From assembly GCA_965223865.1 (NCBI GenBank), contig OZ245020.1:1664001-1728000 (forward strand): a DNA stretch of 64,000 bases, written 5' to 3'. The position numbers and the translations under genes are program-made. This document shows positions 40,409 to 52,400 of this stretch, in pieces (the stretch's first letter is position 1; the number at the start of each line of letters is the position of its first letter). This DNA comes from Nitrosarchaeum sp. Lineage in GTDB: Archaea; Thermoproteota; Nitrososphaeria; Nitrososphaerales; Nitrosopumilaceae. The notes under the pieces are model-generated. The model was not told the DNA's origin and searched no databases. It saw only the letters and a list, made by a program, of their open reading frames with translations.

Positions 40409-41263
40409 ATGGAAAAAATTTGTTGGGCAAACACTGAAAATTTTAATGATGCTGAGTTTGTAATTGTAGGAATTCCTGATGAATCCCAATCACATGCACT
40501 AAGAAAAGGCACTGAAGAGGCTCCATCAAGAATACGACAAATTTCAAATATTCGAGATTCTTACGATAGAAAAGATTCTATATCTTTGGGACGTCCTTTC
40601 AGAGGGACTGAAAAAAAAGTCTATGACTTTGGAGATATTACAAGAAATCAAATTAACGATACATTTGGAAAAATTTCATCATCAAAAATTCCTATTTCAA
40701 TTGGAGGTGATCACTCCATCACTCGGGACATCATTACATCAATATCCAAACCAGATGAAAAAATTTCACTTGTATATTTTGATGCACATCCTGATTTTGT
40801 TAGCTCTCATACAAACTATTATGGTTCAGTAATTACTGATCTCCTTTCACATATTGAAATTGAATCTAGTGTTCAAATAGGAATACGTACACCTGAGAAA
40901 GAAGAATTGGATAATATCAAAAAACATCATTTTCATGTCATAACCCCTTTTGACATCCACAAACATGGAATTGAAGAAATAACAAATTCCCTAATTGACA
41001 AATTAGGTACAAATGTTTACGTTTCATTTGATATGGACTGCATTGATCCTTCGTTCGCTCCAGGAGTTTCTGTACCTGTACCATTAGGTCTTAACAGTGT
41101 TGATTGTGTTTATTTGTTGCAAAGAATTGCACAAAAAGGAATCATAGGCATGGATATTATGGAAGTGTGCCCTAGTTATGATGTCAAGGATAGGACGTCA
41201 CATTTGGCCTCTAGAATAATTTCAGAAGTTATTTTTTCGGCAGGAGAGAACCATAATGACTGA
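40409..41263 (+). CDS. Ureohydrolase (agmatinase/arginase family)
   Basis: GGDHSIT, FDAHPD, SFDMDCIDPSFAPG, DIMEVCP. Confidence 0.92.
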   Translation: MEKICWANTENFNDAEFVIVGIPDESQSHALRKGTEEAPSRIRQISNIRDSYDRKDSISLGRPFRGTEKKVYDFGDITRNQINDTFGKISSSKIPISIGGDHSITRDIITSISKPDEKISLVYFDAHPDFVSSHTNYYGSVITDLLSHIEIESSVQIGIRTPEKEELDNIKKHHFHVITPFDIHKHGIEEITNSLIDKLGTNVYVSFDMDCIDPSFAPGVSVPVPLGLNSVDCVYLLQRIAQKGIIGMDIMEVCPSYDVKDRTSHLASRIISEVIFSAGENHND

Positions 41264-42827
41264 ATTTGAAAACGAATTCACATGGGGAAAAGCAGTTTCT
41301 ACAAATTCTAATCAAGAATTCCACGAAAAATTTGAAAAAGGTCTTGATGAGGCAAAAAAAGAACTTGGAAAAAAACATCCTATTGTTATCAATGGCAAGG
41401 AAATTTATTCTGACAACAATTTTTCTGTAAATTCTCCTTCAGACACACGAATAAAAATTGCAGATTTTCCAAAATCTACTATTTCTGATACGGAAAATGC
41501 CATCTCAAGTGCAAAAAATACGTTTGATGAATGGAGTAATTTCCCATTTCAAAAGCGAGTTGAAATATTCAGAAAATGTGCAGATTACTTTTCATCAAAA
41601 AAATTTTTCCTGGCAGCCATCATGACTTTTGAGAACGGAAAGAATCGTTTTGAAGCTATGGGTGATGTTGATGAGGCAATTGATTTTATGCGATTCTATG
41701 CATATCAAATGGAAGAAAATAATGGTTTTTGCAAACAGACCTATCATCCAAACCCACACGAAAAGACTCAGACAATCATGAAGCCTTATGGTGTATGGGG
41801 AATAATCTCGCCGTTTAATTTTCCTTCAGCAATAGCAATTGGAATGACAACGGGTGCATTAATTACTGGAAATACTGCTGTTTTGAAACCTGCTAGTGAT
41901 ACTCCTCTGTCTTCATTTTATTTTGTCAAATACTTGTTTTCTAAAATTCCTGATGGGGCATTAAATTTTGTCACTGGTTCTGGAAGTGTGGTGGGAAAAA
42001 CTTTGATTGGGAGTAATGATGTTGATGGCATTGCATTTACTGGTTCAAGGGAAGTAGGCATGCATGGATTTCAAGAATTCACAAAAACCACAACAAAACC
42101 CTTCATTTCTGAAATGGGTGGAAAAAATCCTGTCATCGTTACAAAAAATGCTGATCTGGAAAAGGCAGTAAATGGTGTTATGAATGCAGCATTTGGATAT
42201 GGCGGTCAAAAATGTAGTGCATGCTCTAGAGTTTACATCCAAAACGAAATTGCAGAAAAATTCATTGAAAAGTTAGTTCAAAGAACAAAAAAGATCAAAG
42301 TTGGCATGCCCTGGGAAAAAGATGTTTTTCTTGGCCCAATAATTAACTCAGATGCAAAATCAAAATTTGAAAATGCTTCTGATCTAGCAAAAAAAGATGG
42401 TCATGTGCTGACTGGTGGCTCTGTCATTAAAACAGAACAGCTTGAAAATGGTTATTTTGTGGAACCTACAATAGTTGAAAAATTACCTGAGGAACACCAG
42501 TTAATGAAAGAAGAATTGTTCTTGCCCTTTTTGTGTATCCAAAGATATGATGATTTTGATGAGGCACTAAAACTTGCAAACAAATCTGAATATGGATTGA
42601 CTGCAGGGATTTTTTCAGAAGATAAAAAACAACTAGATGACTTTTTTTCAAAAATCCATTCAGGAGTAGTATATGCTAACCGTTCTGCTAGCGCAACAAC
42701 TGCTGCACTGGTATCTAGTCAGCCTTTTGTTGGCTGGAAGCACTCAGGAACTACTGGAAAAGGAGCTGGAGGGGGAAACTATTTACAACAATTTTTGAGA
42801 ACTCAAACTCAAACTCGGTGTGATTGA
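41256..42827 (+). CDS. Aldehyde dehydrogenase, likely 1-pyrroline-5-carboxylate dehydrogenase
   Basis: EAIDF, ISPFNFP, FTGS, EMGGKN, GQKCSACSR; next to proline dehydrogenase. Confidence 0.9.
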   Translation: MTEFENEFTWGKAVSTNSNQEFHEKFEKGLDEAKKELGKKHPIVINGKEIYSDNNFSVNSPSDTRIKIADFPKSTISDTENAISSAKNTFDEWSNFPFQKRVEIFRKCADYFSSKKFFLAAIMTFENGKNRFEAMGDVDEAIDFMRFYAYQMEENNGFCKQTYHPNPHEKTQTIMKPYGVWGIISPFNFPSAIAIGMTTGALITGNTAVLKPASDTPLSSFYFVKYLFSKIPDGALNFVTGSGSVVGKTLIGSNDVDGIAFTGSREVGMHGFQEFTKTTTKPFISEMGGKNPVIVTKNADLEKAVNGVMNAAFGYGGQKCSACSRVYIQNEIAEKFIEKLVQRTKKIKVGMPWEKDVFLGPIINSDAKSKFENASDLAKKDGHVLTGGSVIKTEQLENGYFVEPTIVEKLPEEHQLMKEELFLPFLCIQRYDDFDEALKLANKSEYGLTAGIFSEDKKQLDDFFSKIHSGVVYANRSASATTAALVSSQPFVGWKHSGTTGKGAGGGNYLQQFLRTQTQTRCD

Positions 42828-43669
42828 ATTAAAGAGCTTCCAAGTAACAAGATGTTTCTCTTTCTTTCTTTGATTCTTCTAATAGAATATGCAAACCAAT
42901 TTGTTCCATACGGAATATAGTCTGAAACAATAAATCCATTTTTTACAAGATCTGGTTTGAGCTCTTCTCTAATTCCTTTAAGAAACTCAAATTCAAATTT
43001 TCTTGGATATTTTTTTGATAATGCCATTGCTTTTTTTAAGATGTGATTGTCATGGGATGCAATCGCAAATTCATTACTTTTTTTGAATAATATTGTCATT
43101 AATTTAATGTAATTTTTATCAACATCTTCTCTAGTCCTAAAGGATATGCTTGGTTTTTCTCTATATGCTCCCTTTACAAGACGAATTTTGGCACCAATTC
43201 CTATTAGATGGTTTAGATCATCTTCAGTTCTTTTGAGATTTGCTTGCAAAGCAATTCCTAATCTTTCATATTTTGAAAAAAATGAGCTATACAACTCAAT
43301 TGTTTCATCAGTGTGTTCTGATGACTCCATATCAAGCCAAATAAACACATGTGCATCACCCATCTTTTGAATAATTTCTTCTAAACTTTTGTAACATTGT
43401 TTTTGACTAATTGATAATCCTATTTGTGTGGGTTTTACAGAAATTGCACCTCTAATCTTCCATTTTCTAAAAGAATTGGCAATTATCTGATATTCATTAA
43501 TTGAATTTTGAACTTGTTTTTTTGTCGTATGATATTCTCCTAATTTGTTGATGATTGCATGTCTTCCCATCTGATATGCATTTTTAGCTGATGATAATGC
43601 ATCATCAATTGTATCTCCTGCAATCCATTTTTTTGCGATTTTAAACAAAAATTTTTCCATTAGTTGCAT
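42809..43669 (-). CDS. Proline dehydrogenase
   Basis: SVKPTQ, LDME, RLVKGAYRE, ASHD, YIPYG..Y..RR. Confidence 0.93.
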   Translation of the reverse strand: MQLMEKFLFKIAKKWIAGDTIDDALSSAKNAYQMGRHAIINKLGEYHTTKKQVQNSINEYQIIANSFRKWKIRGAISVKPTQIGLSISQKQCYKSLEEIIQKMGDAHVFIWLDMESSEHTDETIELYSSFFSKYERLGIALQANLKRTEDDLNHLIGIGAKIRLVKGAYREKPSISFRTREDVDKNYIKLMTILFKKSNEFAIASHDNHILKKAMALSKKYPRKFEFEFLKGIREELKPDLVKNGFIVSDYIPYGTNWFAYSIRRIKERKRNILLLGSSLIQSHRV

Positions 43670-43856
43670 TTTTTTCTATTATTTCTTGGTTACAACAAGA
43701 AAAAATAATTTTCATACTTGGTCATTACTCGCTAAATAGTATTTTGCCTGCAAACCTACCATATTTTGATCGATTTTTGTCAAAAATACTGATTTAAGGT
43801 CAAATTTCAGGCATAGAATAAAGTTTTTATGTAAAAATTCGTGGAGGATAGCTAAC

Positions 43857-44024
43857 ATGAGTAGTAAGAAAAAGTCAGCGCCACTCCCAGCATCAAGCGG
43901 AGGTCTTATGCGTTTCTTTGAAGACGAAACAAAAGGATTCAAAGTTGATCCTAAAATTGTAATTTCAGTTCCAATTAGCTTAATTGCAATCTCATGGGCA
44001 ATTGAGATCTTCCTAACTCCGTGA
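43857..44024 (+). CDS. secG: Preprotein translocase subunit Sec61beta
   Basis: 55 aa, absent from ORF track: MSSKKKSAPLPASSGGLMRFFEDETKGFKVDPKIV followed by TM helix. Confidence 0.92.
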   Translation: MSSKKKSAPLPASSGGLMRFFEDETKGFKVDPKIVISVPISLIAISWAIEIFLTP

Positions 44025-44033
44025 TAAAAAAAA

Positions 44034-45773
44034 ATGGAAAAACATTCAGACGATGTTTCAAATATACACAACAGGTTTTCCCTTACACTCATCAATCCAT
44101 CATCACATTACTTTTCCCTAGTTGCATCCCTAATTATTGCAGCAGTAATTACAGTTACAACCTATTTAGGATATCTTGGATCAGAAGAGTTCCTGTTTAG
44201 AATTCCTCTAGTGGTAGGTGTTTTAGCAGTAACGCAGTTAATTGATACTAGATTTACAAAAAAGAAAGAATATTCCAAATCACTTCATGCATCCCTTTTT
44301 GGAAATATGTTATGGATAGTAACTCTACTTATGGGATTGTTAGCAAGTTTTGTTTTATCTAAAGAAGCATCTTTGTTTTTTGTTACATTTGGAATGATAT
44401 TGTTTGCAAGTTTTAGAATAGGAATTTTCACAACCACTCTAGGAGCTAGTATCAAAAAGGCATGGGCCATTTGTTTTGTGCAACCACTTGCAATGTTTTT
44501 AGTGTTAATTCCACAAGAAATGTGGGTAATCACTCTTACAGATCCAATATCATTAGGGTATGGATTAGCATTTTTGATAATTGCAAGTGTTTGGTCGATA
44601 TTGACAGATAGAGCAGGAAGACCAGGAATGGAAAGTACACATAAAACAATTCAGGCATATTTAGCTTCACAAGGAAATGACTTTACTGAAGCTGAAGAAA
44701 TAATGGAACAGCGTTCAAGTAAAACCAAAGTATCCACATCTCAAATTAGATTACTATCATCAAAAGGAGATAAAGAATTTAGGATGGTTTTGCCAGAAAT
44801 TCATCCTGGACCATACCATCCGGTAGGAGGAAGCAACATACCTTATCTAATTTACAAAAACCTGGATTCTTCAGCCATGGTCATGCATAGCATATCAGAC
44901 CATGCATTAAATTTACCATCAAAAAATGAGGTAGAAAATTATCTAAAAAATCTAGGAAGTAGTAGTGTAAAAGAAGAAGGGCTTGTTTGCACAGAACCAG
45001 TAACAGTTCAAATTAACAAAGCAAGGGTAATTGGATTGTTATTTGGAAATAACCCATTATTGTTTTTGTCACTTTCACCTCACGGAATGGAAGATATTCC
45101 AAGTTACATGAAAACAGAAATTGAACAATATGCAAAAAATAGAAATTATAAAAGAACTTTGATTGTTGATTGCCACAATGCAATGGGTCCTGAAATTTCT
45201 AAAGAAGACGGCGAAGACATGTTAAAGGCAGCAAAGTCTTGTCTAGACTCATTAATAACAAAAGAGAACTATCCAATTGAATTTGGATATGCAAATTCGG
45301 ATGATATGGATGTCTGGACTGAAGATTTAGGAATGGGAGGTCTCGGAATAGTATGCCTGGTAATAAATGGTAAAAAGTATTTCATTGGATGGGCAGATGC
45401 AAATAATATGGAAAATGGAGTTAGGGAAAAAATCATCGAAAATTTTGCAAAAAGAGATTACAATCTACTAGAGATTTGTACATCAGATACACATTATGCT
45501 CCAGTAAAGGCTCGAAACAAAAATGGTTACTATCAACTAGGTTTGATTACAGGAGCTGAAAAATTATCAAAGTGGTTTTTCGACATTACCAAACAAGCTG
45601 AAACAAGCACTACTTCTGCAAAGTATGAAATTCTAGAAAATCATACGGATGTAAAAATCATGGGACAGGGAATATTTGAGGATTATTCTAAGGCACTTGA
45701 TAATTCCTTGAAAATAACAAAAGGATTTTTGATTGGTGGAGTATGTCTATTCATTTCTAGTTTGTTTTTATAG
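44034..45773 (+). CDS. DUF2070-family membrane protein
   Basis: N-terminal TM bundle; HPGP, DCHN, DANN, TSDTH. Confidence 0.85.
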   Translation: MEKHSDDVSNIHNRFSLTLINPSSHYFSLVASLIIAAVITVTTYLGYLGSEEFLFRIPLVVGVLAVTQLIDTRFTKKKEYSKSLHASLFGNMLWIVTLLMGLLASFVLSKEASLFFVTFGMILFASFRIGIFTTTLGASIKKAWAICFVQPLAMFLVLIPQEMWVITLTDPISLGYGLAFLIIASVWSILTDRAGRPGMESTHKTIQAYLASQGNDFTEAEEIMEQRSSKTKVSTSQIRLLSSKGDKEFRMVLPEIHPGPYHPVGGSNIPYLIYKNLDSSAMVMHSISDHALNLPSKNEVENYLKNLGSSSVKEEGLVCTEPVTVQINKARVIGLLFGNNPLLFLSLSPHGMEDIPSYMKTEIEQYAKNRNYKRTLIVDCHNAMGPEISKEDGEDMLKAAKSCLDSLITKENYPIEFGYANSDDMDVWTEDLGMGGLGIVCLVINGKKYFIGWADANNMENGVREKIIENFAKRDYNLLEICTSDTHYAPVKARNKNGYYQLGLITGAEKLSKWFFDITKQAETSTTSAKYEILENHTDVKIMGQGIFEDYSKALDNSLKITKGFLIGGVCLFISSLFL

Positions 45774-46398
45774 TCTTCATCTGATCAAGGTTTCCATAAA
45801 ATTCATCAACAAAAGAGGAGAATTGAAAAATTGGGACTATAGGAACGTTATCAATAAAATTAACTTTGTCTTGATACAAAGTAACAATTACAGGAACAGC
45901 TATTGCATTTTGAGTTTTTGAAACATACTGTTTTGTTCTCTCTATTTGCTTTTTTACAGCCTCATTCAAGGCAGAAGAACTGTATCGTTTCCAATGTTTG
46001 CAATCAATTAGCATAGCTACTCCTAAACGTACGCCAATCATATCTATTTCCATTCTAGGTTTGGTTAGAATTTGATTTTTTATAACTGCAAAATCCTTTG
46101 AAAGAAGAATTTCAGCTACCAAGCCTTCAAAATCGCGCCAATCCAACATAATAGAAATTTCATCAATGGGAGAACCATTTTGAAGTAATTTGATTGCTAG
46201 CTTTAGTTTGTCACCGGGTTCAAAAAAATAACTTCCTTCTGTTTTTGTTCCAATTCCATTTTTTATAAATTCATCTAACATTTTTTTTGAAACATTCTCA
46301 GATTTTTTTGTAATTGCTGAAAAATCTTGTAACGATATTCCTCCAGGAATGATTCCTCGTAATGATTCAACCATGTTTGTAGAAAATTTCAATCTCAT
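45757..46398 (-). CDS. Mrr-like PD-(D/E)XK nuclease domain protein
   Basis: WRDFEGLVAEIL, EID, IDCKHW. Confidence 0.75.
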   Translation of the reverse strand: MRLKFSTNMVESLRGIIPGGISLQDFSAITKKSENVSKKMLDEFIKNGIGTKTEGSYFFEPGDKLKLAIKLLQNGSPIDEISIMLDWRDFEGLVAEILLSKDFAVIKNQILTKPRMEIDMIGVRLGVAMLIDCKHWKRYSSSALNEAVKKQIERTKQYVSKTQNAIAVPVIVTLYQDKVNFIDNVPIVPIFQFSSFVDEFYGNLDQMKTIKTN

Positions 46399-46502
46399 TT
46401 TGTTTTGTTTACAAGTAGATATAGGTCTTGACGGTTATTAGACGAGGTTATAATGAAATACAAGCAGAATAGATTTTATTACTTACATGGAAAAATATCA
46501 AC

Positions 46503-48977
46503 ATGAAATCATTGCTAGTAATTATACTAGCTCTTTCATTTGCAACTTTGATTTCCGCCGAAGTATTTGGGGAAAAAGTTACTTTTGTTGATAATGTAAA
46601 ATTTATTCAATATTTAGATGAGAATACAGCATTAGAGGAAGTAAGAAATGGAAATCTGGACATTTATTACTATAAAATTTCTTCAGACAGGTTAGAAAAT
46701 TCAGAGTCTAGAAAAGGATTACAAGTTTTTGATTCCACTGGCGGGTCTTATAGCATTTTAGTTAATCCAGCACAAACAGAAAGTTTTAATCCATTTTCAG
46801 AAAGAGAGGCAAGGTTTGCCCTAAATTATCTAGTAGATAAGAAATTAATCGTAAATGAATTGATGGGAGGTTTTGGTGCACCTATGACAACATACTATGG
46901 TCCTTCGGATCCTGAATATCTTACAATTATAGAGCAGTTAGAGGAATTTAATTTCAGATACAATCCTTTGCTTGCTGAACAATTGATTTCAGAGACGTTA
47001 AACAAGAAAGGAGCGATAAAAAGGGACGGCAAATGGTTCATTAATGAAAGCCCCATAGAAATTATTATTTTTATCAGAAATGACGATCCAGTTAGAAAAT
47101 CAATTGGAGAGATTTTAGCCTCAGAATTGCAGAAAATAGGTTTTGAAGTAAAGAAGGAATTCGGAGATTTGAATAAGGCTTTTGTGATAGTTTATGGTTC
47201 CAATCCTGCTGATTTGAAGTGGAATATTTACACGGAAGGATGGGGAAGATCAGCTTTTGTAAAATATGATTCTGTAGGATTAGCTCAAATGTATTCTCCG
47301 TGGTTCTCAAATATGCCAGGATTCAATGATCCATCCTATTGGAATTACAAAAATGACTATATTGATTCTATAACACAGAAAATCTATACAGGAGATTTTA
47401 ATTCAGCAGAACAAAGGAACGGTTTGATTCAAGATGCTGTAAAGGAAGGAATTAGAGAATCTGTAAGAATTTTTCTTGCAAGTAAAATTGATCAATATGT
47501 AGCAAATGAAAAAATTAGTGGGATTGTAAATGACTTTGGTGCAGGAGTTCCTAGTAGGTTTACACCAATTAATGCAAAAAATGATAACGGCGAATTAGTT
47601 ATTGGTGTAAAACAAATCTATCAAGGTGCGTGGAATCCAGTAATGGGTCTGAGTGATACGTACAGTAGACAAATTTGGGGAATAGTTTCTGATCCTGTTA
47701 CATTCAAACATCCTTTTTCAGGTGAAACTTTTCCTGTAAGAGCCAATTGGGATGTAGAAACAGTTGGCCCACTTGATAAGATGGATTTACCAAAGGGTAT
47801 AAAGATATGGGATGCTAAAAACAAAAAATGGAAGACGGTAAAAGACGACACTCAATCGATTAGTAAAGTAACCTTTGATTTTGAATTTGCTAATTGGCAT
47901 AATGGTCAAATGATGGATATGAATGATATTTTGTATTCATTGTATTTTACAATAGAATGGGGAACTCAGACTGATGAAAATGACAAAACCTTTGATACAG
48001 AATTTACTCCCAGAGCAGCTCAAATAGTTCAGACAATCAAAGGAATCAAACTAATTGATAAGGATACCATTGAAGTGTATGTAGATTATTGGCATTTTGA
48101 TGATGGAGAAATTGCAGATTGGGCATCTCTATGGAGTACAGTACCCTGGGAAATTTCAATAGCAATGGAACAGGCAGTGATTGATGGCAAAATATCATAC
48201 TCTAGATCTGGGGCTACAAGTAAAAATGTCAACTGGGCATCACTGATTATTCCAAAAGATGCAAATCTAATTCAAGAATATTTGGAGAAATTAAAAGAAC
48301 AAAAACATATTCCATATTCACTTCAAGAATTTGAAGAAAGTTTTGAATATTTTGATTCTAGATATAATGCATCGATAAAATGGATTGAAGATAAAAATCA
48401 CGCAGTAATAAGCAATGGACCGTTTTTCTTAGAATCATATTCACCTGAATCAAGAACAATCACAGTTAACAGTTTTGACGACAAAACCTATCCATTTGCT
48501 TTAGGGCATTGGTCTGAATTTGGAAATACAGAATTTCCAAAAATCTCAAATGTAATAACACCGGATATCATCAATAAAAATTCAGAATTTGCTGCAAAAA
48601 TTGAAACAGTAAATGCCGATTCTATACTTTATTTTCTATCAGATAGTAAAGGAAACATCATTTCATCAGAATTGATCAAAGTAAACTCAACTGCAACAGA
48701 CATTAGTTTCACTGAAGATACATTAGCAAATCTCGATGTAGGTAGCAACAACTTTAAGATATTTGCAATTTCTGAAAAGGTATTAAAACCTGATTATTAT
48801 TCAACAAGCTTTTTGGTAACAGATAATACAGAAAAATTACCAGATGTAAACTATGACAAAGTATTATTTGAAAAAGATGAGTTGACCAATTTAGCATTAA
48901 TTCTAATTCCTATAGCAGTACTCATTCCAACCATATTAATTATCAAAAAAAGAAAAGATAGTCAAGTTAAACCGTAA
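46503..48977 (+). CDS. ABC transporter substrate-binding protein, family 5
   Basis: FNPFS..RFALN, WHNG, SNGPF; signal peptide and C-terminal TM with basic tail. Confidence 0.88.
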   Translation: MKSLLVIILALSFATLISAEVFGEKVTFVDNVKFIQYLDENTALEEVRNGNLDIYYYKISSDRLENSESRKGLQVFDSTGGSYSILVNPAQTESFNPFSEREARFALNYLVDKKLIVNELMGGFGAPMTTYYGPSDPEYLTIIEQLEEFNFRYNPLLAEQLISETLNKKGAIKRDGKWFINESPIEIIIFIRNDDPVRKSIGEILASELQKIGFEVKKEFGDLNKAFVIVYGSNPADLKWNIYTEGWGRSAFVKYDSVGLAQMYSPWFSNMPGFNDPSYWNYKNDYIDSITQKIYTGDFNSAEQRNGLIQDAVKEGIRESVRIFLASKIDQYVANEKISGIVNDFGAGVPSRFTPINAKNDNGELVIGVKQIYQGAWNPVMGLSDTYSRQIWGIVSDPVTFKHPFSGETFPVRANWDVETVGPLDKMDLPKGIKIWDAKNKKWKTVKDDTQSISKVTFDFEFANWHNGQMMDMNDILYSLYFTIEWGTQTDENDKTFDTEFTPRAAQIVQTIKGIKLIDKDTIEVYVDYWHFDDGEIADWASLWSTVPWEISIAMEQAVIDGKISYSRSGATSKNVNWASLIIPKDANLIQEYLEKLKEQKHIPYSLQEFEESFEYFDSRYNASIKWIEDKNHAVISNGPFFLESYSPESRTITVNSFDDKTYPFALGHWSEFGNTEFPKISNVITPDIINKNSEFAAKIETVNADSILYFLSDSKGNIISSELIKVNSTATDISFTEDTLANLDVGSNNFKIFAISEKVLKPDYYSTSFLVTDNTEKLPDVNYDKVLFEKDELTNLALILIPIAVLIPTILIIKKRKDSQVKP

Positions 48978-49453
48978 TCGTTGAGAATTTCATCAACTTG
49001 TAACTCTGAATTCATTTTGGAGTATTCATCTAAAAGATTCCGATTAAGCTCATAAAATGTATGACCCCATTTGAATTTGTCAAGTAATTCAAGTGCTTCT
49101 TTTTTGAAACCTAGGATATACATAGCACCAGAAATAGCCTCAGCAGTTGTAAGCTTGTTGAGTTTAGCATAGTTTACAGGATTACCTGCCAACAAAGGAG
49201 GTAATTTTCTTTTTATTCCACCAAATTTTTTAGAAAATGCTTTTTCTGCTAAATTCCAAGAGCAATCAATCCCAACTATCGAGTTAATCAAGGGTCTATC
49301 TTTAGGAAGTAGAAAGTGCTCTGAAAAAGGGTCTAAAACCAAACTGGCAGAAGATATTTTTTTAATGCTTTTTACAAGTCCGAATTTTACCATTTTTGCA
49401 GCAGTACATTTCTTTGGATCATCCTGATAAAACATCAATACTTGAAGTTTCAT
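48962..49453 (-). CDS. tsr3: 16S rRNA aminocarboxypropyltransferase Tsr3 (DUF367)
   Basis: DDPKKCT, DCSW, LPPLLAGNPVNY, LTTAEA, FKWGHTF. Confidence 0.95.
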   Translation of the reverse strand: MKLQVLMFYQDDPKKCTAAKMVKFGLVKSIKKISSASLVLDPFSEHFLLPKDRPLINSIVGIDCSWNLAEKAFSKKFGGIKRKLPPLLAGNPVNYAKLNKLTTAEAISGAMYILGFKKEALELLDKFKWGHTFYELNRNLLDEYSKMNSELQVDEILNDYGLT

Positions 49454-49484
49454 GAGATAACAAACTACAAAGAGTATTTTGAAT

Positions 49485-52400
49485 TTACTCTAGTGTTTTG
49501 TAATTTACCTTATAATAAAATCTAGATACTTGATCTTCTTTCACTATATCAACATTCCATGTTGAATCAGGTAAAAACACATCAGAGGATTCTGGCAGAA
49601 TATCAAATTTTTCCAAACGTACATCTTGACCACTGTATCTTATTTTTAGATTCATTCCATCAATCATAAATACATCATAGATTTGCCCGGGTTTTCTAGT
49701 TGATTCTTTTACAAGGCATTCAATTTCAGGTCCTATAATGCAAACACCAGATTCAGAAGTGATTCTGAGATTAACATCTTTTTGATCCTCCTTTGATGTA
49801 AGCAAAGAACCAGTAATTACTCTTGGTACAAGTTCATGTTCATCAATTGTTTTTTGTTCAGTAATAATTGATATTTGAGATTCTGAAATCCTATTTTGCT
49901 TTTCAATTACAGTAGATGGGAATTTTGTTGTGGGTTTTTCAACAACATCAAATGTTATAGATTTTGCTTCAAAATCAGCATCAACTGTCATTTCGTAGGT
50001 TCCAAGGCCTGAAGAAGAATCAGGTATCAGAAATTGGTATGTAAAGGAACCAGATGGGCTGGGTCTTATTGTGGTTACTTCTCCAATATGCACACCACAG
50101 AAGAATGAACCGCAAGTGATGTCTGTTTCAGATTTTTTTATTACACTAACATCGAATTTTTCAAGATAGATCAGTTTGTTTGGTTTTCCAGACAGAACAA
50201 CCACGTCACCTGGATGGTATTGAGTTTTGTCAGTTGAAAGTAATAAAGAAACCGGTTCATCAGAACCAAACAAGAAGTCATTTGCGACAGTAAAAGTAGA
50301 TTCTACTTTTTTATTTTTATACAATGCTTGTACTTTGTATTCACCCTCGGAAAATATTGTAGGAGGCAATTCAAACAAACTTTCGAATTGACCACCTTGT
50401 TTTGGATAAATCTGAGCTTCGTGAATTTGCTCATATGGGAATGTACCATCAAGAACTCTCAAGGTGACACGGTCAGGAATAACTAAACCTTCGCTTCCCT
50501 GTTCTCGGGTAATGAGGTTTCCTATTACCTTTAATTTTTCACCTGCTTGATATAGAGATTTTTCTGTTGAAATAAAGAGAGGGCTTGCATCAAGAGAATC
50601 ATGTTCTGGATTTGAAGAAACCTTGAAGAAAATATTTTTTCCATAACTATCAGTTGAAACCTTTATTTTATAAATTCCATAATTTGATTTTGAGACAGAG
50701 CGGTCATCGATAGATTTTACGGTTGTTGGTTTTTCAGATATTGGGGTTTTCCAAGTCCAAGTGAATTGTTGTTGATCAACAGTGGCACCGGACTTAATTT
50801 TACTTCCGTCGGGTTTAGTAAGAGAGATGGTTACAGCATTATCACCAGAGGGTGGAATAATGCCACTTAGAACTAGGGTTTCACCCAATCCAAAAATTTC
50901 TTTATTTAATGAAATAGAAACACCATTACTTAGTTTTAATGGATCAATTATTCCCACAGTAATTGTTTTTTTCAAGTCCAAATATTTTGCTTCAATCACA
51001 TAGTTTCCTTCTTGGAAGATATTCTTTGCAATATGTGTTTGAATTGAAAAACTACCTGATGAAGTAGGAACTGCAGTGAACTCATAAGATACAGCTACAC
51101 CATCTCGGTGTCTTGTTTGTGCACCATCAGGCAATGCAATTATCTGTAGAGGAGTACCATCTTCATTTGATATAGAGATAGTTACAACATCAGTTTCAAA
51201 GCTTGAACGGCTAGAGGGATTTTCAATGAATCCACTAACCATTAACGTTTCACCTAGATTGTAAACCGATTTTGATGTAGAAATTGTTAGAGGCTCTTCA
51301 GATTTTATAAAGTCCTCAGGATTGGAAACAGCATGAATCGTAACTGAAGATGTGCCTATTTCTTTAGAGACTGTAATTTTATAGTCACCTAATCGTAATT
51401 CATTATCAGGAATTTTAAAAGAATATGAAAAAGAACCATCACCTTGAATTTCTAAACTATCTAAAATTTTATACCCAGAATCACTTCCGCCAGAACTTAG
51501 GGCAATATTTTTAGTTTGAATAATTTCCAAATCTAATGAGCTTATCCAGATATTGTTTAGTCGGCCAGTTATTTCAACAATATTTCCCAGTCCATAAGCC
51601 TCCTTATCAGTCCATAAAGAAATGGGTTTATCTTCTTTGAAATCCTCAATCACTTCAAAAGTAGTATTGGCAGAAATATCAGAATATTCACCAATTATCT
51701 CATAAGTTCCATAAACAGGATTTACCGTAGTTAGAAATACAGTTGTAATGAATTTTCCATCAGTTGGAAACAAATTACCACTTGAAATCACATTCCCCAA
51801 AGGATCTTTAATGTTAAAGTTGAGACCTTCAAAGGGAATAATTTCAGTAGTAATTCCGGTAAGAGTAATTGTTTGACCTGGAATATATTGAGATTTATCT
51901 GTAACAAGACTTAGTTCAGAGGATTCAGATATTTGTTCAACTAAAACTTCATCACCTACAGTAAAACTTGCTCGAGAGGTAGCATCTGCATAACTTACAG
52001 ATAAATCGTATGTGCCTTCATTTACTCCAAGAACTTGCTGTAGAGACATTGTTGTTTTAAAATTCAAATTCAGATCAGGATAGAGTTCAACAATCTTATG
52101 ATATTCAGGCCCGGAAATTGTCAGAATAATTTTTTCGGGTTGAAAATAAGGAGTAGTAATTACCACTTCTTCAGAAATACTGCCTGAAATAACTGCAGTT
52201 TGGCCAAACAAGTATGTTGGGCTATCAGTAGACAAAGTTACAGATACTCCTTCTTGTACTTCAGCTAAAGATTGTTGTCCATTTGTCGAACCAGCATTAG
52301 AAGTTTCAAATTTCCAATCAGTTACAGAATCAGTATCATAGCCATCGAAAATTCTTTGCCAAGAAAGAAAATTATTTTCTAAATCAGAGAATTTAGGAGT

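Noticed and set aside
43712-44095. 127-aa minus-strand ORF
   Set aside because: Shadow of the Sec61beta gene on the + strand
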